Origin: Spirochaetales bacterium
GTDB lineage: Bacteria; Spirochaetota; Spirochaetia; JABEVK01
NCBI GenBank assembly: GCA_037142615.1
Contig: JBAXAI010000024.1
Span: forward strand, 1 to 55,838
DNA: 55,838 bases
Direction of reading: 5' to 3'
In this document: positions 43,592 through 53,137 of the stretch, piece after piece
Layout: each line of letters begins with the position of its first letter
How positions within the stretch are numbered: position 1 is the stretch's first letter
Position numbers and translations under genes: made by a program
Notes under the pieces: model-generated
Told to the model about the DNA's origin: nothing
The model's database searches: none
What the model saw: the letters and a program-made list of their open reading frames with translations, nothing else

Positions 43592-46378
43592 CTAGGGTTG
43601 CGCCGGGTTGAGAATGACGGTCAGCGCCTTGTCAGGGTTGAGCATGGCTTTGGCCAGAGCCACCACCGCGTCTTTTTTGAGCGCCGTGTAGAAGTCGGTC
43701 AGGCCTGGCAGGAGCTTCAGGTCGTTGCCTAAGTAGGCGCTGCTGCTCACGGCGTTGGCCCACCAGCTGTTGGTCTTCTGGTTGGTCTCGAGCGCGCGCT
43801 TGCGGATCTCGACGGCCTTGCTGAACACGTCATCGCTGATTGTTCCCTTTGACAGCGCCTTCAGTTCGGCAAGGGCGGCCGCCAGCAACTCGTCTTGACG
43901 AGCCCGGTCGCAAGTGAAATTGATGGTGGTGGTGCCATGCGCGTACGGGAAGGGGCTGAGCGACACATCGACGCTGGCGCCGTAGGTGCCTTCTTTGTCT
44001 TGGCGCAACACCTCGCGCATGCGGATGGTGAGCACTTCGCGCAGCGCCGAGGCTGTGAAACTCTGGGCGGCAGAGTAGGGGATGGCCACCGGCAAGGTGA
44101 GCGTGACGACCGCCTTGTTGTCGATTCCTTTTTCGAGCACCGAGTTCACGGGACCAGCGGCGGGCCGCACCTTGGTGTCGAGGGCTCCGGGGGCTTTCAC
44201 CGCGGGCAGCGACGCCAGCCAGGTTTCGACCAGCGGCTTCAGCATGGCCTCGTCAAAATCGCCGGTGATGGTGAGCACAAAGCCCGGCGCCCCGGCCAGC
44301 AGCTGCTTGTACAACACCGCTGCTTTGTCGGGCACGATTTCGGTCATACGCTCGGCGCGCAACGGTTTGCTTCGGAAGTTGCCGCCCGACAGCAGGCGGT
44401 GGAGCTCGTCCTGATACAGCTGCTCGGGAATGTCCTGGTTGTTCTTCAGCGATTCGGCCAGCTGTTGCAAAAACGACGCTTCGGCCCCGGCATCGCGCCT
44501 CGGTGCCCCGAGTTTGAGGGCCACCATGGGGAGCAGCGAGTCCAAGTCGGCAGTGACCGACGAACCATTGAGGCTCGCACTGGTATCATCGAAGGCGACA
44601 TTCACCGACACCTGTTTTCCGCTCAGGGTGTCCTGGAGTTCCGACAGGTTCAGGTCGCCCAAACCGGTATTGCTGAACAGGTAGGGGGCGAGCATCGCGC
44701 TCAGGTAGTCTTTTTCGGCAACGGGAGCCAACCCCCCCCGGGACAGACCCCGGATGATCACTTCGTTCTTGGTCAGTTGGTTCTTGTACACGAGCACCTG
44801 CAGGCCGTTCGAGAGCGTCCAGCGGGTCAGCGGAGTTCCCGCAACGGCCTCGGTTTTGGTGATCTTGCCGGGTTTTGGGGTTTGGGCCACCAGCGGCTTG
44901 ACGACCCGCTCAGCCTTCTGCTGCACTTCGGAAGCCTTCACCTGCGCTGCCACGGCTGCCAAAGTCGCCTCGGACGGCACTTCGGCTCCCGGTTTGGCGA
45001 TGGTCAGCACCAGCGCCTTGGCGGCAGCGGTGTTGAGCCAGTCGCCCAGCAACGAGTTCACAGCCTCGAGGGTGATGTTCTGCCCGAGTTCCTTGCCCAG
45101 ATCGTAGCTTGCCTGGTCCGACACCAACGGATTCCCGGTTTCGGCGTATTCGGCCAGTGCATCGGCGCGGGCACTGTTCCTGGTGTTGTCGCGGTCGGCA
45201 AATTGCTGTTCCACCTGCGAAAGGTACTCGGAGCGCGCCAGTTGCAGGTCGCCCGGAGTCAGGCCGTTCACAGCGGTGCGCTTGAGCTCGGTCAAATAGG
45301 TCGACAGCGAGCGCTCGTGCTGGCCGTCGCGAAGCACCACTTGAAACTGCCGGAACCAGCTGTCGGACACGAACGGACTCACGCTCACGTCGGCCCCCAG
45401 AAACGGCGGGTCCTCCGACTGGGTCAGTTCCTGAAAACGGCGGCCGAGCGTGTAGCCGACCAGAAAGTTGGCCAGCTCGTAGGTCTTGGCCGCGCGTGCG
45501 TCTTTCACGGGCACCTTGTCGATCTTGTTCCAAAGGATCACGTTGGCGCCCATTTCGGCGTCTTGGAAGTACGAAACCGACGCGTTGGTGTAGGCAGGAA
45601 TCGCCGGCGCGGGAGGTGGAAGGGGGTTCTTGACGTTGGCAAACGTCGAGGTAAAGCTAGCCCTCAGCTGACTTTCCATCTTGGCCAGATCGAACGAGCC
45701 GACGATGATCACGCTCAGGGCGGCGGGGGTGTACCATTGGTCCACAAAGTGCCGCACGTCGGCCGGGGTCACCTTGGCCAGCACGTCCATCTTGCCGATG
45801 GGCAGTCGCAGGGCGTACGGGGCCCCTTCGGTCAGGAGGGGCATGTAGAAGTCACTGAGCCGACCACCGACGTTCTCGAGGCGCACGCGCTGTTCCTCGG
45901 CGATGATCTTCTTTTCTTTTTCGAGCAGGTCAGGCTGCACTTTCGGGCCGTGCGCCCAGTCTTCGAGCACCTGCAGGCCCTTGGCCAGAACGTCGGGCTT
46001 GTCAGCAGGCAGATCGAGGTAATATTGCGTGCTGCTGAACCCTGTTTGCGCGTTCAGGTCGGCGCCGAACTTCATCCCGTTGGTTTCGAGGAAGTTCACA
46101 ATCTCCTGCGGACCAAAGCGGTCGGTGCCCTCAAACTGAAGGTGCTCGAGCAGGTGGGCGAGGCCCTGTTCCTTGTCGGTTTCCTGAAGGCTGCCGGCCC
46201 GGACCACGAGGCGCAGTTCCACACGGTTCTCGGGCTTGGGGTTGGTCATCAAAAAGTAGCGGACGCCGTTGGGCAGGGTGCCGGTCTTGACGGCCGGGTC
46301 GAGGTTGGGGGCTTGGGCGGCGAGGCTGGAGGCGAACAGGACGAAGGCGAAGAGTCCGAAGAGGGCGTTGCGGAACAT
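43592..46378 (-). CDS. M16 family zinc metallopeptidase (PqqL-like), exported
   Basis: Signal peptide; GTLPNGVRY, GLAHLLEHLQF (HxxEH), FGADLNAQT, RLPIG, second half 'LSNGLQV', 'LRQDKEGTYG'. AGGAG lies upstream of ATG 46378. Confidence 0.92.
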   Translation of the reverse strand: MFRNALFGLFAFVLFASSLAAQAPNLDPAVKTGTLPNGVRYFLMTNPKPENRVELRLVVRAGSLQETDKEQGLAHLLEHLQFEGTDRFGPQEIVNFLETNGMKFGADLNAQTGFSSTQYYLDLPADKPDVLAKGLQVLEDWAHGPKVQPDLLEKEKKIIAEEQRVRLENVGGRLSDFYMPLLTEGAPYALRLPIGKMDVLAKVTPADVRHFVDQWYTPAALSVIIVGSFDLAKMESQLRASFTSTFANVKNPLPPPAPAIPAYTNASVSYFQDAEMGANVILWNKIDKVPVKDARAAKTYELANFLVGYTLGRRFQELTQSEDPPFLGADVSVSPFVSDSWFRQFQVVLRDGQHERSLSTYLTELKRTAVNGLTPGDLQLARSEYLSQVEQQFADRDNTRNSARADALAEYAETGNPLVSDQASYDLGKELGQNITLEAVNSLLGDWLNTAAAKALVLTIAKPGAEVPSEATLAAVAAQVKASEVQQKAERVVKPLVAQTPKPGKITKTEAVAGTPLTRWTLSNGLQVLVYKNQLTKNEVIIRGLSRGGLAPVAEKDYLSAMLAPYLFSNTGLGDLNLSELQDTLSGKQVSVNVAFDDTSASLNGSSVTADLDSLLPMVALKLGAPRRDAGAEASFLQQLAESLKNNQDIPEQLYQDELHRLLSGGNFRSKPLRAERMTEIVPDKAAVLYKQLLAGAPGFVLTITGDFDEAMLKPLVETWLASLPAVKAPGALDTKVRPAAGPVNSVLEKGIDNKAVVTLTLPVAIPYSAAQSFTASALREVLTIRMREVLRQDKEGTYGASVDVSLSPFPYAHGTTTINFTCDRARQDELLAAALAELKALSKGTISDDVFSKAVEIRKRALETNQKTNSWWANAVSSSAYLGNDLKLLPGLTDFYTALKKDAVVALAKAMLNPDKALTVILNPAQP

Positions 46379-46500
46379 GCGGGGCTCCTGGGGCGAAGAT
46401 GCCGCAGTGTTGCGTGCAATCCGAGGTTCTCTCAAGCAGAACACACCTTACTCTGGTTAGGGAGTTAGGAGTGTCACATGCACAGATCGTCCCTTGACCC

Positions 46501-46863
46501 ATGAGGATCAAGGGGTATTCTGACCTGTTTATTCGCTGGCTGTTCGGAGCCACAGAGAACAATGACTCCCTTTTGTCGTTCTTGAACGCGCTGCAGGAAT
46601 GCGAAGGTTTGCCGCGACTGAGTTCCGTGGAGGTTCGCAACCCCTTCTTGCTTCAGCGGGCCTACGACGACAAGTTGGCCGTGCTCGACGTTCTCGCTGT
46701 TTCAGAAACTGGGCAGCAGTTCAACGTCGAAGTGCAGGACAGCAACCAACCCGGGTTTGAAGAACGGAAGCTAGAGCGGTGGATGGCCTTCTTGAAGCAC
46801 GAGGGCGAAGCGAAGGTTTGGAGGAAGGCCGCCTCAGCGGCCGGCCTTCCTCCTCAACGGTAG
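46501..46863 (+). pseudogene. Internally deleted Rpn/PD-(D/E)XK nuclease-family transposase-like gene
   Basis: N-terminus 'SDLFIRWLFG...LLSFLNA...NPF...DDKLAVLDVLA....GQQFNVEVQ' jumps directly to 'LERWMAFLK'. An EGLEEGR-type C-terminal repeat survives in another frame at ~46812-46832. Confidence 0.7.
46820..46853. terminator. Perfect 12-bp hairpin near the junction of convergent genes
   Basis: GGAGGAAGGCCG, 10-nt loop, CGGCCTTCCTCC. It lacks a clear U tract. Confidence 0.4.
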
Positions 46864-46874
46864 TCGCGGGCCGC

Positions 46875-48557
46875 TTACCGCCCCGTGTTCACCATGTTGA
46901 TCCGGTTGTCTTCGTAGGTCGCCGGGTCGAGAGTTCCTTTGCGCACCATCCACGAGATCATCGCATCGCGCAGGAACGCGCTGGTCTCATACTTGCCGGG
47001 CAGAGCGGCCAGCATGGCGTAACCGTCGCCGCCGGTCATCATAAAGTTCTGCGAGGCCACCAGGTACACCTTGGCCAGATCGAGGGGTGCACCACCTACG
47101 GTGACGTCGGCAATGGTCTTGGCCGTGAGGTCCAGCGTGAAGGTCATACCCGACACCTGCAGGTAGGCTCCGCTGGGGCCGTCCCAGCCTGTGGTGTAGT
47201 TGGCGATGGCCACGGGGAGCGCCCGGTTGGTCAGCACGTCCAGCAGTTGCGCACCGGTCATGCTGACGGTTTGGATGGTGTTGTCAAACGGCAGCACCGT
47301 ATAAATGGTCTTTTTCGAGATGGGTCCGGCCGGAATCGTGGCCCGGATGCTGCCACCGGACTGCATGAACACATCGACCTTCTGGTTGACGATGCGGCTG
47401 GTTTCTTCCCTCAGGCCGTCGTTGATCATGTTGCTCAACGCACTGTCGTCGCGGCGCGGATAGCGGCTCAGGCCCTTGATGGTGTCGGGAAAGGCCGCCG
47501 TTGCGGTGCCGATCACGGTGTCGAGGTCCTTGGCAACCTTGTCGGCGAACGGCTGCAACAGGCTCGTCACGGCGGCGTCAGGAGCCAGGTAGCCCCCCAC
47601 GTAGTCGTACTTTTTGCCGGCCACTTCGCGCACCACACCCTTCACCGGGTCGCCGTCCTTGTAGTTGATGGCGAGGTTGATGGGCACGGGGACGGAATTG
47701 ACCGACACCAGGCGGTTCTTTTCGACCACAATGTCGGTGCGGCCTACAAACAAGCCCCACTGGTAGGCCTGGAAGATCGGCACGTCGTTGACCACTTCGG
47801 CCTTGGCCATGTAGGTGTGCGAGTGGCCGCCAATGATCAGGTCGACTCCCAGCACCCGTTCGGCAAGAGCGCGGTCGTCGGCCAAGCCCAGGTGGCTGAG
47901 CACGATCACAAAGTCGGCCTGCTTGCGAACTTCACGAGCCAGCGCATTCACCTCGTCGGCCCCATCGCGGAACTCGAGGCCCGCCACGTTTTCGGGCAAC
48001 GTGACAATGGGAGTTTCAGGGGTGGCAAGGCCGATCACCGCAACCTTGAAATCCTTGAACGGAACAATCAAGTACGGTTGGAACTGCCGCTTGCCGGTGG
48101 CCTTGTCGTACACGTTGGCCGCAAGGAAGGGGAACTTCGCGTCGGCCTGGCGAGCCGCAAGGGCCGCGCGGTCGTTGTCGAACTCGTGGTTGCCCGCGGT
48201 GAGGGCCTGATAGCCGGCCAGGTTCATCCCCAGTACATCGGGCTGAGCCTTGAACAGGTTCGACATCACCAAGCCCGTGGTCAGGTCGCCAGCGTCGAGC
48301 ACCAGGGTGTTGGGTTGTGCCGCCTTGACCGAATCGATGTAGGTTTTGCGGGCGGGAATACCTCCGGCCGCCGGGGAGTTGTAGGCCACACCGTCCACTG
48401 TGTCGCTCCAAGCGAACTCCATCGGATGCCCGTGGGTGTCGTTGGTGGAAAGCACCGTCAAGGTGTAGGACTTTTCGGGCTGGCCCATCGCCGTCAGGGG
48501 CGACAGACCGACTAGGGCCAAAGCGGCCAAAATCAGAAGCCGTGCGAACATATTCAT
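46875..48557 (-). CDS. Bifunctional 5'-nucleotidase/UDP-sugar hydrolase (UshA-like)
   Basis: Signal peptide; TNDTHGH, LDAGD, GNHEFD, FPFLAANV, LSHLG, GGHSHT; C-terminal GGSIRA, VLPFDN, GGDGY. Confidence 0.93.
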   Translation of the reverse strand: MNMFARLLILAALALVGLSPLTAMGQPEKSYTLTVLSTNDTHGHPMEFAWSDTVDGVAYNSPAAGGIPARKTYIDSVKAAQPNTLVLDAGDLTTGLVMSNLFKAQPDVLGMNLAGYQALTAGNHEFDNDRAALAARQADAKFPFLAANVYDKATGKRQFQPYLIVPFKDFKVAVIGLATPETPIVTLPENVAGLEFRDGADEVNALAREVRKQADFVIVLSHLGLADDRALAERVLGVDLIIGGHSHTYMAKAEVVNDVPIFQAYQWGLFVGRTDIVVEKNRLVSVNSVPVPINLAINYKDGDPVKGVVREVAGKKYDYVGGYLAPDAAVTSLLQPFADKVAKDLDTVIGTATAAFPDTIKGLSRYPRRDDSALSNMINDGLREETSRIVNQKVDVFMQSGGSIRATIPAGPISKKTIYTVLPFDNTIQTVSMTGAQLLDVLTNRALPVAIANYTTGWDGPSGAYLQVSGMTFTLDLTAKTIADVTVGGAPLDLAKVYLVASQNFMMTGGDGYAMLAALPGKYETSAFLRDAMISWMVRKGTLDPATYEDNRINMVNTGR

Positions 48558-48625
48558 GAGAACCTCTACCCCCAACCCTATACCCAAACGGTGAGAGTTG
48601 CATGGGGGTGAAGTGAGTTTTTGGT

Positions 48626-49072
48626 TCAGGCCTTCTTCTTCGGCTTGAACAAAACGTTGAACAGCGCGTAGGCGAACAGCGTGCCGAAGCCCATCTGGCT
48701 GAGCGTGCCCAGCAGGTCGGTGCTCTGCCACTCCTGCGCCACCTTGCCGCCCACGATCTTGCGAACAAAAATGCCCTCAATGTGCAGGTCTTTGTTGGTG
48801 GCGGGGGCTCCCATGAAGTTGCCGGTGTGCTTGCAAGTGGTGATAAAGCGGATCGACACCTGATCGTCTTGCTCCAGCGTATGCGTGAACTCCATGTTCA
48901 TGTTGCTCATGGCGTTCTTCATGCCCTGCATAAACTCGACGTAGCCCTTTTTGTCGAGAAGCATGCCGTCGCCGGTGTAGGTGAAGGTGTCGGCCAGCAT
49001 GCCGTCGAGGGCCTGCCATTCCCCGTTCAAAATGGCCTTGGAAACGCCCAGGGCGATGTCTTTGTTGCTCAT
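48626..49072 (-). CDS. SnoaL-like ester cyclase/NTF2-fold protein
   Basis: 'HTGNFMGAPATNK.....G.......GGKVAQEW...D.LG.L.QMG'. GGAGG upstream. Confidence 0.85.
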   Translation of the reverse strand: MSNKDIALGVSKAILNGEWQALDGMLADTFTYTGDGMLLDKKGYVEFMQGMKNAMSNMNMEFTHTLEQDDQVSIRFITTCKHTGNFMGAPATNKDLHIEGIFVRKIVGGKVAQEWQSTDLLGTLSQMGFGTLFAYALFNVLFKPKKKA

Positions 49073-49217
49073 ATGTTCCTCCGAACTTGTTGTGGTTTCA
49101 CCTTACCGGGGAACCGACGTGGCAGGGGCACGACCGGTTTCAGCTTGTCAGACGCGATAGTCAGGTTTTCAGCCATACACGGCAAAAGGGTGGTAACATC
49201 GTCGCAGGAGGCCGCCT

Positions 49218-49985
49218 GTGCTTGACCTTTCGTTGGTGACCGGAGAGAGGGACTACCGCGCGCTGCTCGACCTGCCGGGCTTTCGCCAGCGGTTGCTGAT
49301 CTTCCGCGAAGGCAGCGTGACGCTCAGCCGCCAGGGGGCGATCTCGATCCGAGGTCCCGCCGTGGTGAACCATTCGCCGTTGGCGGGCCTGGCCCTCGAG
49401 GGTGCGAACTTTCGGGCCGCCTGGGTGCTGAGTTTCGACGGCGTGGCGCTCGACCAGTTGGTAGCCAGCGCCTTCCTGCTGCTTTGCCCCATGACGGGGG
49501 TGTTTCATATGTCTTTGTCCGAAAAGGAGTTCGACACGCTGGCCAGCATCCTCGCCCTGATGGACGACCCGTCGCTGGGCGCCGACATTCTGCAAGTTCA
49601 GGCCCAATTGCTGGTGAAGTACCTCGCCAAGTTCCACACCGACGACAACAGCCAGCGTTTTGCCGAAAACGACCTGGTGAAGCGCTACGTGGCCCGGGTC
49701 GACCGCGACCACGGTGACCACCACGAGGTGGCCCACTACGCCGCCCAGTTGGGGGTCAGCACCCGCACGCTCAACCGCGTGTTCCAGGAGCACACGGGCA
49801 TCACACCCAAGGCCAGCCTCAACTACCGGCTCAACCTGGCTGCCAAAAGCCGCCTGCAGGAGCGACGCGCCAGCGTGAAAGAAATCGGCTATCAGCTGGG
49901 GTTCAGCTCGACCACGTACTTTCACGAGTTCTTCCGCAAGAGCAACGGCCTCACGCCCGGCGAGTACGCGCGGTTGTCGGGGTAG
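49218..49985 (+). CDS. AraC family transcriptional regulator
   Basis: 'VAHYAAQLGVSTRTLNR', 'SVKEIGYQLGFSSTTYFHEFFRKSNGLTPGEY'. Divergent from the SnoaL gene. Confidence 0.92.
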   Translation: MLDLSLVTGERDYRALLDLPGFRQRLLIFREGSVTLSRQGAISIRGPAVVNHSPLAGLALEGANFRAAWVLSFDGVALDQLVASAFLLLCPMTGVFHMSLSEKEFDTLASILALMDDPSLGADILQVQAQLLVKYLAKFHTDDNSQRFAENDLVKRYVARVDRDHGDHHEVAHYAAQLGVSTRTLNRVFQEHTGITPKASLNYRLNLAAKSRLQERRASVKEIGYQLGFSSTTYFHEFFRKSNGLTPGEYARLSG

Positions 49986-50089
49986 GGCGAAGGGTCAAGC
50001 CCTGCCGAGCCGCCGGGAGCGCCCGTCTTCAGTCATCTATACCAGAAGAATACCTTGTAATTCAAATATCCTTCTGGTATACATGAAGG

Positions 50090-51304
50090 ATGCAGAGCAA
50101 ATGGCAAAACCGTCCGGAATACCTGAACCGCATTCGGCCTTTCTACCAGACCGACCTGATCAAGGTGCTGCTGGGGCAGCGGCGGGTGGGCAAGAGCGGT
50201 CTGCTTCACCTGATTCGGGGGGAACTGGAAAGCCAGTTTCCCGGGCTGCCGATACTGCATATCGAAAAGGAAAAACTCGAGTGGTCTTACCTACGGAGCG
50301 GCGCTGACTTGGCCGTTTTGGTGGCAAAAACCTGGCCAGCGTCACCGACCGGACCCGCCCGGTCGGCGCTTCTTATCGACGAGGTGCAGGAACTCGAGGA
50401 CTTCGCGCCGACGCTCCGCAGTCTGGCAGCGTCGGGTTTGTACGACCTGTACCTCACGGGGAGCAACTCGCAACTCCTTTCGGGCGAAATGGCGACGCAC
50501 TTCGCGGGGCGTTCGGTCAACTTCGTGATTCACAGCCTGTCGTACCGGGAGTTTCTGGACTTTCACCACCGGATGGACGCCGACGATTCGTTGGCGTTGT
50601 ACCTGCGCTTCGGTGGGATGCCGTACTTGTGCCAGCTTGGACTGAAGGCCGAGGTGGTGCACGAATACCTGCAGAGTCTTGTCGATACCATCGTGTTGCG
50701 CGACGTGGTGGCGCGGTTCCGCCCCCGCAATGTGGGGTTTCTGCGCCGCCTGCTTGACTTTGTTGCCGATACCACGGGGTCGATCCTCAGCGCCAAAAGC
50801 ATCGCTGACTTCCTGAAATCGCAACGCCTCAAGGCCACTCCCCAGTTGGTTCTGGATTATCTGGAGTTCCTCCAAGCGGCCTTCCTGATTCAAAAAACCA
50901 ACCGCTACGACCTCGTGGGCAAAAAGCTGTTTGTGATCGGCGAAAAGTACTATTTCGAGGACTGGGGAATCCGCAACACGCTGCGGGGTTATCAGCAATC
51001 CAGCCTGGGGCAGATTCTGGAAAACGCCGTTTGGCATCATCTGGCGCAGCAGGGCTGGCGGGTCCACACGGGCCGGTGGGCCGAACGCGAGATTGACTTC
51101 GTGGCCGAAAAGGGAGACGACCGGGTGTACGTGCAAGTGACGCTCACGGTGGCCGACCCTGCCACCCGGCAAAGGGAGTTCGGCAACCTGCGGGCCATCG
51201 ACGACAACTACGAAAAGTACGTTGTCAGCCTCGACACCGTGCGCGCCAACGAGGCGGGAATCAAACACCTGGCCGCCCGGGAGTTCCTGTTGCTGAGGCT
51301 GTGA
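50090..51304 (+). CDS. AAA_14 ATPase with C-terminal DUF4143 (PD-(D/E)XK-like) domain
   Basis: GQRRVGKS, LLIDEVQ, LTGSNS, FGGMP, KYYFEDWGIRN, LENAV, EIDFVA...YVQV. Confidence 0.9.
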   Translation: MQSKWQNRPEYLNRIRPFYQTDLIKVLLGQRRVGKSGLLHLIRGELESQFPGLPILHIEKEKLEWSYLRSGADLAVLVAKTWPASPTGPARSALLIDEVQELEDFAPTLRSLAASGLYDLYLTGSNSQLLSGEMATHFAGRSVNFVIHSLSYREFLDFHHRMDADDSLALYLRFGGMPYLCQLGLKAEVVHEYLQSLVDTIVLRDVVARFRPRNVGFLRRLLDFVADTTGSILSAKSIADFLKSQRLKATPQLVLDYLEFLQAAFLIQKTNRYDLVGKKLFVIGEKYYFEDWGIRNTLRGYQQSSLGQILENAVWHHLAQQGWRVHTGRWAEREIDFVAEKGDDRVYVQVTLTVADPATRQREFGNLRAIDDNYEKYVVSLDTVRANEAGIKHLAAREFLLLRL

Positions 51305-51323
51305 AGGGGGGTATGACCACGCC

Positions 51324-53114
51324 CTACCGGACAACCTTTGCCGTACGCGGAATAAACACCTGGCAGTTCGTCCCCTTTCCGGGGGACGACTCGATGTCGA
51401 CGCGGAAGCCCTGAGCCTCGGCCAGCGCGCGCACGATGCGCAGACCAAACCCCTTGGCCTGAAGGTCGTCCGAGGACGGCACAGCCCACCCGGCACCGTT
51501 GTCGAGTATGGCCAGTTTGACGTACTCCGAGTCCAAGGTGGCTTCGAGCGTCACCGAGCCACCGCTACGGGTATACTTGACGGCATTGGCCACCAGATTG
51601 CGCAGCAACGTCGTTGTCATGTCGAGGTCGCACAACACCACCGTCTCCGGGTCAGCGACAACGTTGAGCTCGACGCCGCCCGACTGCGCCAACGCGCGGA
51701 ACTCGGCCGCCACCGCCTTCAACAGATCCTCGGCCACCACGGGTGCAATCTGGGGTTTCAGGATTCCCAGGCGCACCTGAGACCACTCCAAAAGGCTTTC
51801 CAACTGCTGGCCGGTCAGGCGAGCCGACTCGTGCATCAGGTCGACCAGCGGCACGAGCCGAGCGTCGGCCGCGGTGACCTCAGGCTCGGTTCGGACCAGC
51901 GCGGCGGTTTCTTTTCCCAGCCGCGCCAACCCGTGCACCTGCCCCCGCAGGTCGTGGGCCAGCACCGAAATGAAAAACTGCAGGTTCTGGTTGGCGTTGG
52001 CGAGTTCTTTGGTACGCGACTGCACCCGACTTTCCAGGGTGACGCTCAGGTTCTGCAACTGTTCGGCCCGCCGCACGGCCTGAGCGTGGCGATGGTTCAG
52101 CTGGTAGGCGAGCAACCACAGAAAACCCAAGTTGGCCAGGAAGTTGGTGTAAGGCGCCAACATGACGTTGGGTTTGTAGTGCAGCGTGAACAGCGGAATG
52201 GTGTCGGCCAGCGTCGCAAACAGGGCGATCGTATACAACGCGACCAACACGGTGGCCTGCCAGTCCCGATGGCGCAACATCAGCACGGTCGAGCGGACGA
52301 GAGCAAAAAGGAGGAACAGCCCGATCACCGGCAACCCGAAGGCGAAGTGGACAAAGCTGGAGTTTTGGACCGTGGGCGCGGCCAATTGGAGGAGGGTGGG
52401 AAGCAACGCCAAGACGGCGCCCGAGCGAACCAGCCACCGTCGGTCGGGCCTGGGATGCAAAAAGATCAAGTTGGCGACCGCCACCAGGTACAGCCACCAG
52501 TACATTCCCACTTTCGAGAGCTTTTCGACCAGAAGGGTTGGCGCGAGATCCCAGGAAAAGATGTTGTTCGAGTACGAGAGAACAAAGGCGACGTTGACGA
52601 AGAAATACACCAGGTGGAGCGAGCGGTCGACGGATGAGAGCGACCGCCCCAGGAGGTAGACCAACAGCGACAGAATCCCGACCACCAACGAGGCCCAAGC
52701 CAAGGCGGTCAGCGCCTGGGGACCCCAAAAATTGCGCCAGAACACCCAGTTGAGCGCCTCGGCGCGAGGCAACAGTCGCACGGGGCCCAGAGCAGGGGTT
52801 TCGCCGTATTGGGGCAAGAGCTGGATCTCGACTGTCACGTTGCCTTGGTCTGGCGACTTCCAGGCGTCGAGCGACAGTGAGGTCGTCCAGTGAAGGCGGC
52901 TGGAATAGGTTTTTCCCAAATTGCCATGCTGACTGATCACGACACCGTTCACGGCGACGGTCATCGGCACTTCGAGGGGCAAAAAGACGAGCGTCGGGCC
53001 TTCCAGCTCGGCGAGTTCGGTCTGGGTGAGAACGGTCACCCCGGCCCCGAGGGTACTTTGGGCGCTCAGGGCCGAGGCGAACCACAACAACGTGACCAAA
53101 AAACAATTGCGCAT
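51324..53114 (-). CDS. Multi-pass membrane sensor histidine kinase
   Basis: Signal peptide, extracellular domain and ~7 TM helices. H-box AHDLRG, N-box NLVANAVKYT, DNGAG, GFGL. AAGGA lies upstream of ATG 53114. Confidence 0.9.
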   Translation of the reverse strand: MRNCFLVTLLWFASALSAQSTLGAGVTVLTQTELAELEGPTLVFLPLEVPMTVAVNGVVISQHGNLGKTYSSRLHWTTSLSLDAWKSPDQGNVTVEIQLLPQYGETPALGPVRLLPRAEALNWVFWRNFWGPQALTALAWASLVVGILSLLVYLLGRSLSSVDRSLHLVYFFVNVAFVLSYSNNIFSWDLAPTLLVEKLSKVGMYWWLYLVAVANLIFLHPRPDRRWLVRSGAVLALLPTLLQLAAPTVQNSSFVHFAFGLPVIGLFLLFALVRSTVLMLRHRDWQATVLVALYTIALFATLADTIPLFTLHYKPNVMLAPYTNFLANLGFLWLLAYQLNHRHAQAVRRAEQLQNLSVTLESRVQSRTKELANANQNLQFFISVLAHDLRGQVHGLARLGKETAALVRTEPEVTAADARLVPLVDLMHESARLTGQQLESLLEWSQVRLGILKPQIAPVVAEDLLKAVAAEFRALAQSGGVELNVVADPETVVLCDLDMTTTLLRNLVANAVKYTRSGGSVTLEATLDSEYVKLAILDNGAGWAVPSSDDLQAKGFGLRIVRALAEAQGFRVDIESSPGKGTNCQVFIPRTAKVVR

Positions 53115-53129
53115 GATGTTCCTTGTTCG

Positions 53130-53137
53130 ACTATAAT
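53130..53137. promoter_or_regulatory. Overlapping bidirectional -10 elements
   Basis: ACTATAAT gives TATAAT on the plus strand (53132-37) and TATAGT on the minus strand (53135-30), between the divergent kinase and regulator genes. Confidence 0.5.

Noticed and set aside
50090-51304. AAA_14/DUF4143 gene as a novel defence system
   Set aside because: It is a very common stand-alone family, with no partner genes or defence context here.
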